Source of the DNA: Octopus bimaculoides
Lineage: Eukaryota
Length of the DNA: 64,000 nt
NCBI RefSeq assembly: GCF_001194135.2
Contig: NC_068983.1
Location: 25,384,399 to 25,448,398 of the forward strand
Direction of reading: 5' to 3'
Shown here: positions 12,306 to 24,889 of the stretch, piece after piece
How the letters are laid out: each line of letters opens with the position of its first letter
How positions within the stretch are numbered: position 1 is the first letter of the stretch
Program-made: the position numbers and the translations under genes
The notes under the pieces: model-generated
Seen by the model: the letters and a program-made list of their open reading frames with translations, nothing else
What the model was told of the DNA's origin: nothing
Databases searched by the model: none

Positions 12306-12552
12306 GCGTGCGTGTGTGTGTATGTATATTGTTTGTGTGTCTGTGTTTGTCCCCCCCCCCCAACATCGATTGACAACCGATGCTGGTATGTTTATGTCCC
12401 TGTCACTTAACAGTTCGGCAAGACAGACCGATAGAATAAGTACTAGGCTTACAAAGAATAAGTCCTGGGGTCGATTCGCTTGACTAAAGGTGGTGCTCCA
12501 GCATGGATGCAATCAAATGACTGAAACAAATAAAAGAAAGAAAAGAATAAAA
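11816..12552 (+). mobile_element. tRNA-derived SINE family 1 (internal TA/TG microsatellite)
   Basis: The head AGGCGCAGGAGTAGCTGTGTGGTAAG...GGATTCATTCC is A/B-box-like. Body and tail align with 41938-42318 and 20498-20653. Confidence 0.9.
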
Positions 12553-13027
12553 GAATATATCTTTTAATGAGAAAATTATTTGAAATAATTGACGTGTTTT
12601 AGTTTTTTTGTTATGTACTATCAACAGTTCGTAAATATGTTGAGATCTATCATTTCGAAAATTAAATATGTTATCATCATATAATAGCTCATCCAATTAC
12701 AGAATTAATGAGTTAAGATTGTTAACATATTCTACACTATTCTCGGCCGACATTATTTATTCCATCATAAAAAAATGGTAACTCTCCAGGATTCAAATGT
12801 ATTTAGGGAATGTGTGAGAGTGATTTGTAGTGCTTGAACAATAGCATCCAGAGAACCAACGTTTTGTGATATTGCGTGTAAAGAATAAGTGACGATAGAG
12901 TTAATTATACACATTGAAATACTATAGGTATGCTGCTTGTAAAGAGTCAATGCAGACTCACAACTCACTGGATTCTAGATTCATAAATATCTCAGAAAAA
13001 TCTTGTTCGCAAGGAAATGTGATCCAT

Positions 13028-13133
13028 GCAAGTTTTTCATACTCTTTTGCAGACACATTTCTCTCCGTCATGTCAATGAGTAAACATGACTCATTTTTAA
13101 AACCTTTAATAATCATACCAGGGTCGTTTGCAC
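13028..13133 (-). mobile_element. Short R4/Dong-like RLE fragment
   Basis: Minus strand reads GANDPGMIIKGFKNESCLLIDMT.ERNVSAKEYEKLA, directly after (GAG)n. Confidence 0.7.
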
Positions 13134-13134
13134 C

Positions 13135-13210
13135 CTCCTCCTCCTCCTCCTCCTCCTCCTCCTCCTCCTCNNNNNNNNNNNNNNNNNNNNNNNNNNNNNN
13201 NNNNNNNNNN

Positions 13211-13266
<56 letters not shown>

Positions 13267-13283
13267 CCATCATCATCATCATT

Positions 13284-13340
<57 letters not shown>

Positions 13341-13341
13341 G

Positions 13342-13383
<42 letters not shown>

Positions 13384-13385
13384 CC
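13135..13385. repeat. (TCC)n-gap-(CAT)n compound microsatellite
   Basis: Direct read. Confidence 0.95.
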
Positions 13386-13389
13386 ATTA

Positions 13390-13590
13390 AAGGTGGAGAG
13401 CTGGAAAGATTGTTAATGAACCAAGCAATATGCTTAGCTGCGTTTCGTTCATCTTGACGTTCTGAGTTCACATCCTTTGCTTTCTTTCATTCGGGGTCGA
13501 TGAATCATGTACCAGTGAAACACTAGGGCCGATATAATCGACTAGATACCCCACTAAAAATTTTAGGGTTTGTGATTTTAGTAGAAAGGA
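13390..13590 (+). mobile_element. SINE family 2 (AAGGCGGCGAGCTGGCAGAA head), diverged
   Basis: Aligns with the copies at 31580, 51384, 51969 and 63511. Confidence 0.8.
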
Positions 13591-13596
13591 TATTAA

Positions 13597-13631
13597 TACT
13601 ACTACTACTAGTAATAATAATAATAATAATA

Positions 13632-13675
<44 letters not shown>

Positions 13676-13768
13676 GAAGAAGAAGAAGAAGAAGAAGAAG
13701 AAGAAGAAGAAGAAGAAGAAGAAGAAGAAGAAGAAGAAGAAGAAGAAGAAGAAGAAGAAGAAGAAGAA
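13597..13768. repeat. (TAC)(TAA)(GAT)(GAA) compound triplet array
   Basis: Direct read. Confidence 0.95.
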
Positions 13769-15708
13769 ACAAATGAACCAAAAATAATGGACGCATAACC
13801 TGCTTAATAAAAATGCATGAAATACTAACAACTGTCTTGACTGAGTATACCAATAGTAATATTACAATGTGAAACGTTTATCAAGTATGCCATAATCTAC
13901 TTATACAATTCTGTAGAAGAAGTTTAAAAGCGTAGAATCATTACAGGAATAAGTATCTGCGGTAAATTCAACTGTATGACACTGAAGTAATGAAATTATG
14001 GACGTTCTGATTGCCAGTGGAATGTCCAGTATTCCTGGTTGATACATGAGAGGTATATAAATGTTATATAAATAGAATGAAGTACTCATGATACAGAGAA
14101 GGGTGAAGTTAACCATTGTTTGAATTGTTTTGCAAAGCATTTTGAAAGCTAATTCTATTTTTAGGTTTACAAAGCATGGCTAGCATGATATTATCGTGCA
14201 CTCCTGTAGATGTTCTATAGATGATAAATGCTTACAGGTATACATAAAGACACACAGATATAATAAATTTCAGGTCTCCTATCCCAAATCGATTGATATA
14301 AAAATTATCAAAGTTTTATCTAGCATTAATGCATAATGCAGGAATAATTACATCTGTTCAGAATGTCATGATTATAAGAGGTACAAATTGAGGAAATATT
14401 CATGAAGCGAAAGACAATTACAGCGAAACACAAGCGAAATGCAAGGGAAATGCACTTCTGAGAAGATTTTACAACTTTAGTGTGAAAAGCGTAACAAGAT
14501 ATATAAATCAGTTCTGTGCCATACTACACATCAGGTATATCGCGCTGAAGTAAATATATCTTCTAATAAACGTGAGTAAAGCAATAAAATCTTGATAGCA
14601 CTGTTGCTGACTGTTATACTTAGATCCTCACAAGTATATACGAGAGAGAGTTGTATTTCTTATGGCGTGTGAAGATATCAATAGCGTTTTATGAATTTTT
14701 TTTTTTTTAAACGTTGTATTAGTAGAAAATAAAATGTTAATAAAATGTTAAGAAATGTTGTTGAAATGGATATTTACAGGAGCAAGGTTTAAATGTTGAA
14801 TTAAATTTCAATATATTTGGTATATTCAGAGACAATGGTGTTAACAACTTTTTGATCGGTTGCATTGTCAAAAGTCACTAACTCTCTCTCTCTCTCTGTT
14901 AGGTTTACAATAGATGAGACAATATATCTCTTATCTTATAACCTTGGTCATTTCTGCGTGTCCATACAACGCTTCATCTTGAATGTGAAATATTTTCTGA
15001 TAATAAGAGGAAATTGTTTTGGCTAATGTATATTCAAATATACTAATTGAAGGCACAATTTTATTAAGTATATGTCATTTCCTCTACTCGCCTTTTGTTT
15101 CCATTTGATAATTGATATTAGGCTTGGCTTTCTTTATATCACTAATTATAGCAAGTAGCTATTGCGATGGTAATCATTTTTTATGCTGGTAATTAGTGCA
15201 CAGGATTTCAAATTATAAAGTAATGTACCATTTATTATTGAATCTCATCATTATATGTAATTTAACTGAAATCTAATTTGAACAGGATCGGTTGTTTGTT
15301 TTTAGACATTTTACATATTTTCATAAAAATATCACTGCATAGATTACACATTGAAAACAACCAAATAGAGGCCTCGAATACATTCCAGTTTGCAAATATA
15401 TCACGCGATACACCCACTGAATGTAACAAATTTCCTTACGAGATACAAATTTAGCATTAAATTTACAACACAACCATAATAACTTTCAGTGTTAGAATAT
15501 GAACAATTGAGGTGCGTATTCTCCTGAAGTAGCATATGTCAGAATTCTTTTGTATTTCATGTCACGAGAACGTCGTTAATTAAAGCGTTAGTAAAGTTCA
15601 AAATCGTTTTCGTTTGATTTACTTACATTTTTGTTTAAAGATTCACTAAACAATGATCATTAAGTCTTCGAATAGTTTTCTCCTTATAAAAGTTATAGTT
15701 TCGATGGT

Positions 15709-16333
15709 TGTCACGACGCCCTCTTGCGAGAAAATAGACTGGGCTGAGCGTTTATAAATAGTAGCGGTCGGGTGTGAAGTTTTTGTGTTAGCTCGAGTTG
15801 AGTTCGCAGTGATGTCGGAAAGTGACGGTTGGTTAGTTCGTTTCTAATCGTGGCACTCCGTTGGTTACGACGACAAGGGTTCCAATTGACCTGATCAACA
15901 GAACAACCTGCTTGTGAAATTCACGTGCAAGTGGGTGATAACGCCACAGACATGTGTACCTTTAACGTAGTTCTCGGGGAGATTCAGTGTGACGAGGATG
16001 GCCCTTTGAAATACAGGCACAACAGAAACAGGGAGTTGTGGTGAAAGAGTACAGTAGGGTTCGCCACCACGCCCTGCTAGAGCCTCGTGGGGCTTTGGTA
16101 TTTTCACTTAAGAAACACTAACAACGCCCGGTCTAGGAATCGAAACCGAGATCCTATGACCGCGAGTCCGCTGCCCTAACCACTGGGCCGTTGCGCCTCG
16201 TTTGTAATATTGATTGTTGATTCGTGAAGAGATTGTGAAATCGTTACGTTGTTATTACAGCGGCATCGTTATCTTGTTCACTGCTAGTACACTGGTTCAG
16301 TATATCTAAACGATCCGTCCCAATATCGTGACG
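15709..16333 (+). mobile_element. Possible solo LTR interrupted by a SINE
   Basis: Starts TGTCACGA and ends TCGTGAC(G) (inverted termini), TATAAATA at 15753-15760, GC-richer than flanks. No clean TSD. Confidence 0.35.
15851..16199 (-). mobile_element. tRNA(Arg-like)-derived SINE family 3
   Basis: Minus-strand head GAGGCGCAACGGCCCAGTGGTTAGGGC...GGTTTCGATTCC carries A and B boxes. TSD TCGTTTCTAAT (15838-15848) / TCGTTTGTAAT (16198-16208). Confidence 0.85.
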
Positions 16334-17366
16334 GTACCACAACATTGGAGACGGAAGATACAACATTGATGTATAAGAAGTATATTTTTAAGAGTACATT
16401 ACTTTGCATAGAGATGTCTGCTATCATCTCATATTTCTTCATAAGAGCAATAGAAAATATTAAAAGATAATCGGTGTTAGTCGTTGATCAACTTACTTTC
16501 GAGATGAAGCGTTAAAACTATAATTCATCGACATTTTAACCGCGGGCGATTTCATTAAACATAAGTTATATATGGATATAAAAACATCAATTCACACCAA
16601 AATTTGACTGCAGGCTAAACAGGGAAAGCGAAAAGCAAAATGAATAGGAGCTAGCGGAAAGAAAATAATTGGTCTATATAACTGGAACTGCGTTCAAAAT
16701 AGAAATTATTCCTACTTTATATGCTAATCTATGCTAAGTGGTTTTTATCACTTAGTCGTATTTATTTCATGGGACAAATAAAATGTAACAAAATAAATAA
16801 GCATATAATTAAAATGACCCTCCAAGCTGAAGTCTTTTAAAAAACTTAACAAAAACCTTATAAATATTAATTGGCATATAATCGATGAAAAAGAGGTCTA
16901 AAAATACTTTGTATTTATTTTTATCTATTTATAATCTCTGTAAAAAATCTATCATTTTTATAGGACGTTCATTTAATACAGAACGTTAAATTCATATTCT
17001 ACAAGCTTATTATTGTTCTGTATGAAAACAAATACAACACCAAAACGTCAAAAGCATCATTTCTCATTTCCAACGTTTAAACTTGTTACTTGTATTAAAA
17101 CCGTGAAAATATATCCCTTTATATTTCTTGGAAAATATATTGATTTACAATTCAAGAATAATTTTAAATGTTTATTTGTGGCCAAATGATATTGATCGTC
17201 AGTCATATATTTGCCCTTTATATGGCCTAATAATTAACCTTTAGGGATGAAATTAATCACTCACTCACGCATATACAAAGATCTACACGCATACGTATAC
17301 ATACTTGTGTTCGTCTTTTTTATCTATAATTATGTGTATTTCTATTGTAGGTGTATGCAAATATCT

Positions 17367-17510
17367 GGCCGAGGAATGGCTGATTGGTTAAGAAGATTGA
17401 TTCGTAATCATGATGCACTGCATTCAATCCAATGAGACTGTATTTTGCATTACGTCGTTCCGCACAAGGCCTAATTGGTGAAATAGAAAACTGTATGGAA
17501 GCCCGTCCCA
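17367..17510 (+). mobile_element. Old SINE family 1-related head fragment
   Basis: GGAATGGCTGATTGGTTAAGAAG...GAAAACTGTATGGAAGCCCGTC resembles the family 1 head. Confidence 0.55.
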
Positions 17511-17606
17511 TTTTTGAAATTTCCGCCAAACCTATTCTTGGGGTCAAATGCTGAATAATATCACATGCAGTTTAGGGCAAATCAGTTTCAGGTATTAGCC
17601 CATACT

Positions 17607-18050
17607 GGCAGAGACATAGCAGTGAGATTAAGAAGTCTACTCGGTGGCTATAAAGTTTTGGGATCAGTTCCTCTCCACTGCACCGTAACGTGTGCTGTAG
17701 CCCTAGTCCAACCAATGCCATGTGAGTGAATTCGGTGGACAGAAACTGTGTGGATCCCAGTGCTTGTGTGTACATACATATGCACATATGTGCGTGTGTT
17801 TGATGTGTGTGCGTGCGCACGCGCATCTGTGTTTGTGTCGGTCTTTTTATTTGTGTATATTTCCGCGACGCTTGACAATCGGTGCTGCCATGTTTACGCT
17901 TCCGTAATAACATTTTCTACAAAAAAGAGACTGATAGTTTCAGTATCAGTAATAAATTAATTAGTATGGTTAATTTCTTCGACTAACCCAACAATATGTC
18001 ACTACGTCATGGTCATAATCTAATGACTGAGACCAGTAAAAGAGTGAAAA
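17607..18050 (+). mobile_element. Old diverged SINE family 1 copy
   Basis: Collinear blocks ctgtagccc..ccaatgccatgtgagtgaattcggtggacagaaactg, cgcttgacaatcggtgctg and aatgactgagaccagtaaaaga. Confidence 0.7.
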
Positions 18051-18460
18051 AGTACAGAGAGCAAGCTCTATCCAAATGAGCGTTTTCACTATAGTCAATT
18101 CGAAAACTAATCTCCTGGTTCTACTGGAAACGTTCATTAATGCTCTAGAAAAATTATTCCTGGCATTAGCATAAGATCAGTTGAGGATTCAGCGAAATAA
18201 GTCGATCTCAGTAGTTCACCGTTACATTATATAATGGAGAACACAACTGAAAGTTAAAGTTGGCCACGAATGAAGTTGAAGTGAAAATGTAAAGTAAAGA
18301 AACTTAATATAACAGCATTGTATTTTGCCTAACGCTCAGCAGATTCTGCACATATATTACTCTGAACACTTCATATTAACAGTGGTAATTGTATCGCAGC
18401 AGGAGTTATGATAAGAATAACAATTAGTAACAATTAGTTATGATAAGAATAACAATTAAT

Positions 18461-18624
18461 ACAAGGTCGGAATTGTTGAAGTGGTAGACGATAACATCGA
18501 TCCCAGTGCTCAACCAATACTTATTTTATTGACTCGAAAGATGAAAGACAAAGCAGACTTCGACAGATTTTGAATTCAGAACATAAAGCATTTTTGCCAG
18601 CATGCTAACGCTTCTCACCGCCTT
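18461..18624 (-). mobile_element. SINE family 2
   Basis: Reverse complement of the family 2 body; ends CTCACCGCCTT next to (AAT)n. Confidence 0.75.
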
Positions 18625-18667
18625 AATAATAATAGTAATAATAATAAAATTAATAGTAATAACAATA

Positions 18668-18960
18668 GAAAAGTGAACAACTATGATGACTTGGGAAAGC
18701 ACAGATCGTGGGCAATGAGGGAAGTGGAACGATGTTAATAATGACTGATGCACTTTTGAAGTATCAATTACCCAAAGACAAACGTCAATTAAAAAGATTG
18801 GAACGAATGTACAGATAGAACACCAGCATATATCGTCATTGCTTGGTATTGCAAGAATTCTCCGCAGTATTCTTGAAATGTGATTAGTAAGCAAGTGTCA
18901 TCTTAGTCGGTAGGTTGAGGGTAAGTGTCACTTTCCATCGCACCCATCAAAATAAAGCTG
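18668..18960 (+). mobile_element. Decayed R4/Dong-like 3' end (another subfamily)
   Basis: KVNNYDDL..WAMR..; KIGTNVQIEH..SLLGIARILRSILEM* (stop 18881-18883), preceded by degenerate (AAT)n. Confidence 0.7.
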
Positions 18961-20497
18961 AGATTTTTCATGATATAATGATAAAATTAGTACTAACAAA
19001 AAATTTGTTCTACAAAGAAATTTAGATATGTATGCATAGTTGATATAATGACATTACCTTGAAGTTACGAATTTCATGTCGCAAATGTGAAAACCAAATT
19101 CAAACAGGGCAGAATTTTTTAGAAGGAATAGCATAGCGGCCAATGTGTCTACATGTATATATACTAATGAAATATATTACTAATTCTAAAAAGTAACCCA
19201 AATTGTATAATGATTATAACAATACAACTTTACAAGGAGTTCAGTGTCTCATTTATATAAATATAAACATCATATCATGTCGAAGAAGAGAACTGAAATA
19301 GCAAAGAATCTAATAGCAACGAATCTAAGGAAGTGTTAACATCACTTGAATTTCGAGGTGGTAAATATCGGGCTAATAATTATATCTAACGCCATACATC
19401 CAAATCTAATTACAGTTACCTCTCGACTATCGCGGCTGTTACGTTCCAAAACTCCTACGGTAGATGAAAATCCTTGAAGGAGAAACTGTACTGTATACAT
19501 TTAAAAAAAATTATTTGTATAATTTGTATATATTTATTTTATGATAAATGCACAACAACACCACTGAGGAATCGACATAAGCTTAAACAATAAACAGCGG
19601 TATGGCGAGGGATTACTGTAGTACTGAATATTTCCTCTTTGTTTCCTTTTAAATGTCCTGTTTCAAATATGTCTAGCTGAATTTCATTGATCTATGAGTA
19701 ATGAAGTGACAACTGGTAATATACTCAGCTGACTGAATGTGTTTCAGGGTAAAAAAAAAAAAAAAAAAAAAAAAAGAATATTTCCTCTTCCCAGGAAAGC
19801 ACATAGTCCAGTATTTGGTGGCAAGATATTTTGCTTGCAAAATGCAATGTTTTCTTTGAAATTAAGAACTCAATGTTTTCAGTGACACATTTCATATTTC
19901 CATAGCCCTTTTACTTTATATATAAATTTAATTCTGAAATCCTTTGTGTACAATTCATTCAACGAGGACGCATACACATACTAGTGTAAAATATTGGAGA
20001 CAGTATGCAGAGCTAAGCACCCGTTTGTTTCAAGGAAAGAGAAATGACAGATATATTAAGAAGCTTAAATGAGTTAATGTTACATTCTAAAACGCCTAAT
20101 GGTCATTAGTGGGAAGACTCAAAATCGAGTCGTAAATTCTAACATTGTAATTTAAGAATCAGTATTGATAGGCGCATTTGCAATATCTGATAATGTGTTT
20201 CACTCACCCGTACTACAATCAGTGAAGCGCTGTGTCCATTGCCGATACACTACTCACTGAAAAAATTTAGTACACTCGAAAAGTTACAGTAGGTTGTTAT
20301 AAGCAGCTGACGACAGTGCAGTTTTGATAAATATTTACTATGCTCGTAGGCAGTAGATTTGACTTATGCGAAAAATACTTCACACTGTTTCCCTGTGATT
20401 AGGGTCACTACACTTTCGCTACGATTCCTTTACATTTATAATTACTCCCATAGATATGAAAGACTGTTTGCGATGTTCTCATTATTATTGGAATGTA

Positions 20498-20653
20498 TTC
20501 TTTCAGTTTCCGTCTACCAAATCCATTCACAAGGCTTTGGTCGTCCCGAGGCTATAGTAGAAGACACATGCCTAAGGTGTCACGCAGTAGGACCGAAAAC
20601 TGAAATCGCAGCCATGTGGTTTGGAAGTAAGCTTCACATCACACAGCCACGCC
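20498..20653 (-). mobile_element. SINE family 1 head
   Basis: Reverse complement of the 11816-11985 block. Confidence 0.85.
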
Positions 20654-22892
20654 ACACTATAGGAATGAGTTTCACTCAAGATTATTTCTTGTATAATGAC
20701 ATTTTGTAAATTGGCACGAAAAAAATTAACAATTACGTTCGGTTTAATACTCCAGGGAAGGCATACATGTGTTTAGAAAATATTCTTCAGCTGTTCATCG
20801 TGCATACGTTTTTGCTTGTTTTTATGTGTAGACTAAGAAATTAAAACTAATAAAAGCAGCACTTTCTTTTTTCTTAATGCATGAATTTCATATATCTTAT
20901 ATTACTTTATCCACACTAGCTAGATATAAATAAATAGTACAATAAATATTATACTGAATATATAAGATGGGTGAATGAATTATTAACATAAAGCGACCAA
21001 TAAGCAAAATAAATAATAAAATAAAATACCATTACCTTGAATCTTTCTTTGTGCTATAAAAATATCATTAGTCATTGTTCAGTTGGAAGTGTAAAGCAAT
21101 ACATAATCGATTAACATCCATGTTATTTCTCATAAGAATGTACACAACAATAGAAGAACAATAGAAAAGTAATAACAAATATAAAAAAGTAATGTTTCTT
21201 ATGAAAAGAAATTAACAATAATTCAAAATGAATAATTGGAAAACAACCTCAAGTGGATGGAGATTTTGAAATTGAAACATATTGAAGCATTGATTACTAT
21301 GAAAATAAATGTGAATAATATTAATCAAACTATAAAGATGATTGAAACAACGAACAACAAACATTAAAATTGATATACATAATTTAATATAGTTCAGATT
21401 GTAAATGAACTACAGTACAAGAAAGATTTATATGAAGAAGAAGAAAAGAAAATGAAAAAAGTTCTGAAGACAAGTAAAGTAGAACAGTGAAAATCTGTAG
21501 GTCAAGATGAAACGACAAATTATCTCAAGATTAAGAATTACAATTAAAATGAAATGTTATTATCAACAGCACAATGGGCGGTTAAACAAAACCAAAGAAT
21601 GTAAGTGTAAATGCATATGAATATACATTGATGAGATCGCGTGTAGTCAACATATATACACACACTATTCTATATCTCACTAACCCTCTTCTGACCGATG
21701 TATATATATATGTATATATAGAGAGAGATAAATAGATGGATAGATATATAAATGACGATAAAAGTCAGGAGGTATGAGAGGTGAATATTTATTTAATCAC
21801 CTGATATCCTTATTATGACTGTTAATTCACAATCTTCTTCATGTAGTATTAATTTCAATGTGGAAGAAATTATGATTGCATGTTTGTATTAAGATGCATA
21901 CTCAGAATTATTCAGTGCAATTGTATATTCACAAATGAATGCATATAAATAAAAGCTAGGTCATCAGATCATTAGAAGATGAGGGTTACACTAACAATTC
22001 AACAATCAGAAATCATTCTGTGATTGACACACTATTCTCTGAATCCTCATATCACAATACACACACACAAACACACGCAACAACACTCAGACACACACAC
22101 ACGCACGCACGCATGTACAGACGACACATATATCCTTACATGGGTTACCTTCCATGACTGTGTATTTAATTACGAAAATAATGTTTAAAAATACCGTAAG
22201 AATTCGCGTAATCTCATTCTCTGCATATATTTGTGTGTGTATGTGGGTGTGCGTGTGCGCGCGTGCGCGTGCGTTCATGTGTGTGCCCGTGTTTGCGCAT
22301 CTGTGAGTGTGTGTATATATGTTCATACTCTGTTTATCATTTCTGATCGTTTATATTTACGATCATCATTTTTCATTTCTATTCCGGGAACTTATGATAT
22401 ACTGTTCAATGTGGCTTTCTTGACACAGTATTAGCTGCTATTTCAAGATGTTCACGTAATCACATATATCCGGCTTACTGCGTATGTGTATGTAGTGTTG
22501 CTAGATATATCAACAAACAAATAATCACGTAAATACAGACACACATTTACTTCAAACGCACACATATACATCTATTTATATATTTGTGTTTGAGTGAGTA
22601 TATTAATGGCTAAGATTACATTTCTCAGTCTCATAAGTTTCCATACGATGACCGGTCTAATAATCCTATGGAAAGACTAATAACCCTATATATACATATA
22701 TATATATATATATCTATATATATANNNNNNNNNNNNNNNNNNNNNNNNNNNNNNNNNNNNNNNNNNNNNNNNNNNNNNNNNNNNNNNNNNNNNNNNNNNN
22801 NNNNNNNNNNNNNNNNNNNNNNNNNNNNNNNNNNNNNNNNNNNNNNNNNNNNNNNNNNNNNNNNNNNNATATATATATATATATATATATAA

Positions 22893-23767
22893 AGGGTTGA
22901 CCACTAAGTGGACATCCATTATGCTAGAAATAGATCAGCTACGGTCAAACAACAAAAGAAAAGAATGTTCTCCAGGGAAATTCAACACATACTAGGATAG
23001 GAGCGGGCAACACAAAGGAAAATATACAAAATAAAGAATTAATCGTAGACCATGGTTTCACCATTAATGCATTAACGTAATTTTTACTCACATAAACGCA
23101 TCCGTGGCTCTTCAGTACGACCGTTCAAATTCAATATAATTTTCAGAACAATACACTAGTTGGCTACATAAAATTAGCCGTGCGTACTGTTCTACCGATT
23201 ACATTGAGGTTATTTTCAAAGGTCCCTGCTCTGGCGCACTAAATAATGGAAACAATTCTGCAGAGGATAATTCACTGCAGTAACCGTCGCCAGTAAGAGA
23301 ACATAATTATTTAAAATTTAAATTATAAGAGTGATAAATTGGATATTAATGTAATTAACATCAATTTAAAACTAGTGACCTAGCATAAAGAAAATTCTGA
23401 AAATTCAGAAAAATTATATTACATACAAATAAGAAGGTGTGTGTTTACGTGAGTAAAAATTACGTTAATTCGTTAATCATGAAACCATGGTCTACGTTTA
23501 ATTCTTTATTTTGTACATTTTCATTTGTCTTGCCCGTTCATGCTCTAGTGTGTGCTGAATTTCCCTGGAGAACATTCTTTTCTTTTGTGGTTTGACCGTA
23601 GCTGGTCTATTTCTAGCATAATGGATGTCCACTTAGTGGTCGTCCCATCTTTTATGTATGTAATATGATTATTGTGAATTTTCAGAATTTTCTTTATGCT
23701 AAGCCACTGGTTTTAAATTGGTGTTAATTAAGTCAATATCCAATTTATCAGCCTTATCATTTAAATT
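22893..23767. mobile_element. Non-autonomous Penelope/retrozyme-like element: one ~540-nt unit (minus) joined head-to-head to an inverted partial unit (plus)
   Basis: 22899-23100 is the reverse complement of 23440-23641; 23315-23435 is the reverse complement of 23648-23767. Contains a hammerhead; no ORF. Confidence 0.75.
23043..23120 (-). ncRNA. Type I hammerhead ribozyme (putatively intact core)
   Basis: Minus strand: TCGTA-CTGAAGA-GCCA...TGGT-GAAA-C-CATG-GTC-TACGA. Stem I is 5 bp perfect, all core nucleotides are present, the cleavage triplet is GUC and stem III is palindromic (ACCATGGT). Confidence 0.8.
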
Positions 23768-24889
23768 ACATACATACATACATNNNNNNNNNNNNNNNNN
23801 NNNNNNNNNNNNNNNNNNNNNNNNNNNNNNNNNNNNNNNNNNNNNNNNNNNNNNNNNNNNNNNNNNNNNNNNNNNNNNNNNNNNNNNNNNNNNNNNNNNN
23901 NNNNNNNNNNNNNNNNNNNNNNNNNNNNNNNNNNNNNNNNNNNNNNNNNNNNNNNNNNNNNNNNNNNNNNNNNNNNNNNNNNNNNNNNNNNNNNNNNNNN
24001 NNNNNNNNNNNNNNNNNNNNNNNNNNNNNNNNNNNNNNNNNNNNNNNNNNNNNNNNNNNNNNNNNNNNNNNNNNNNNNNNNNNNNNNNNNNNNNNNNNNN
24101 NNNNNNNNNNNNNNNNNNNNNNNNNNNNNNNNNNNNNNNNNNNNNNNNNNNNNNNNNNNNNNNNNNNNNNNNNNNNNNNNNNNNNNNNNNNNNNNNNNNN
24201 NNNTATATATATTATAATGTTAGGGAATTAGAAGACCCGAACTTACAAGGAAATACAATTTGATAATATCAAATTGAGTTGTATATGGAAAAATATTTTA
24301 ATAATTTAGAGAAGAACCACCATGGTGCAACTCGCACGAAAAAGGAGATCAGACACCATCAAGAAAAGTGTACTATACAAAACTAGTTTATAAATCTAAA
24401 CAATCCAAGGGAGAATTTGTAATACATAAAATCTATGAAATATTGGACTAAGAATTAAAATCGGTTACGTTTGAGAAACGAAGTGGGAGAATGACTACGC
24501 GCGTTTCATGGCCACATAACACTGGGAAATATCTGGTCAATCTACAATGAATCGATCAAGATAAATACCACTCAATATGAAGACACTCTACAGGTCCGGT
24601 AACTTCCAAAAACGTATCTTAAATTTAAAAATCCATAAAATAAGATAAGTATAAAAATCTGTCCGTTTAAGAAACATTTAGTACAAAGGAAATTGTCAAG
24701 GTTTTACAATTAAACACATCAAATAGCAATAAGTATCTGTCAAATTTATGGCATAAAACGTCGATTAGGGAGATAATATCTGTAGAATAAGGAAAAGGAA
24801 ACATATAAAATGAAAGTGTGATTAGCTAGTAAAGGGAAAAAAACGTGCAAGAATATAAGGTAAAAAAGCAACATCAGTCAACCAAGTTT

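Noticed and set aside
16120-16199. tRNA-like sequence with A and B boxes (also the heads at 11816, 33120 and 41938)
   Set aside because: It continues into SINE bodies and lacks a complete cloverleaf, so these are SINE heads rather than tRNA genes.
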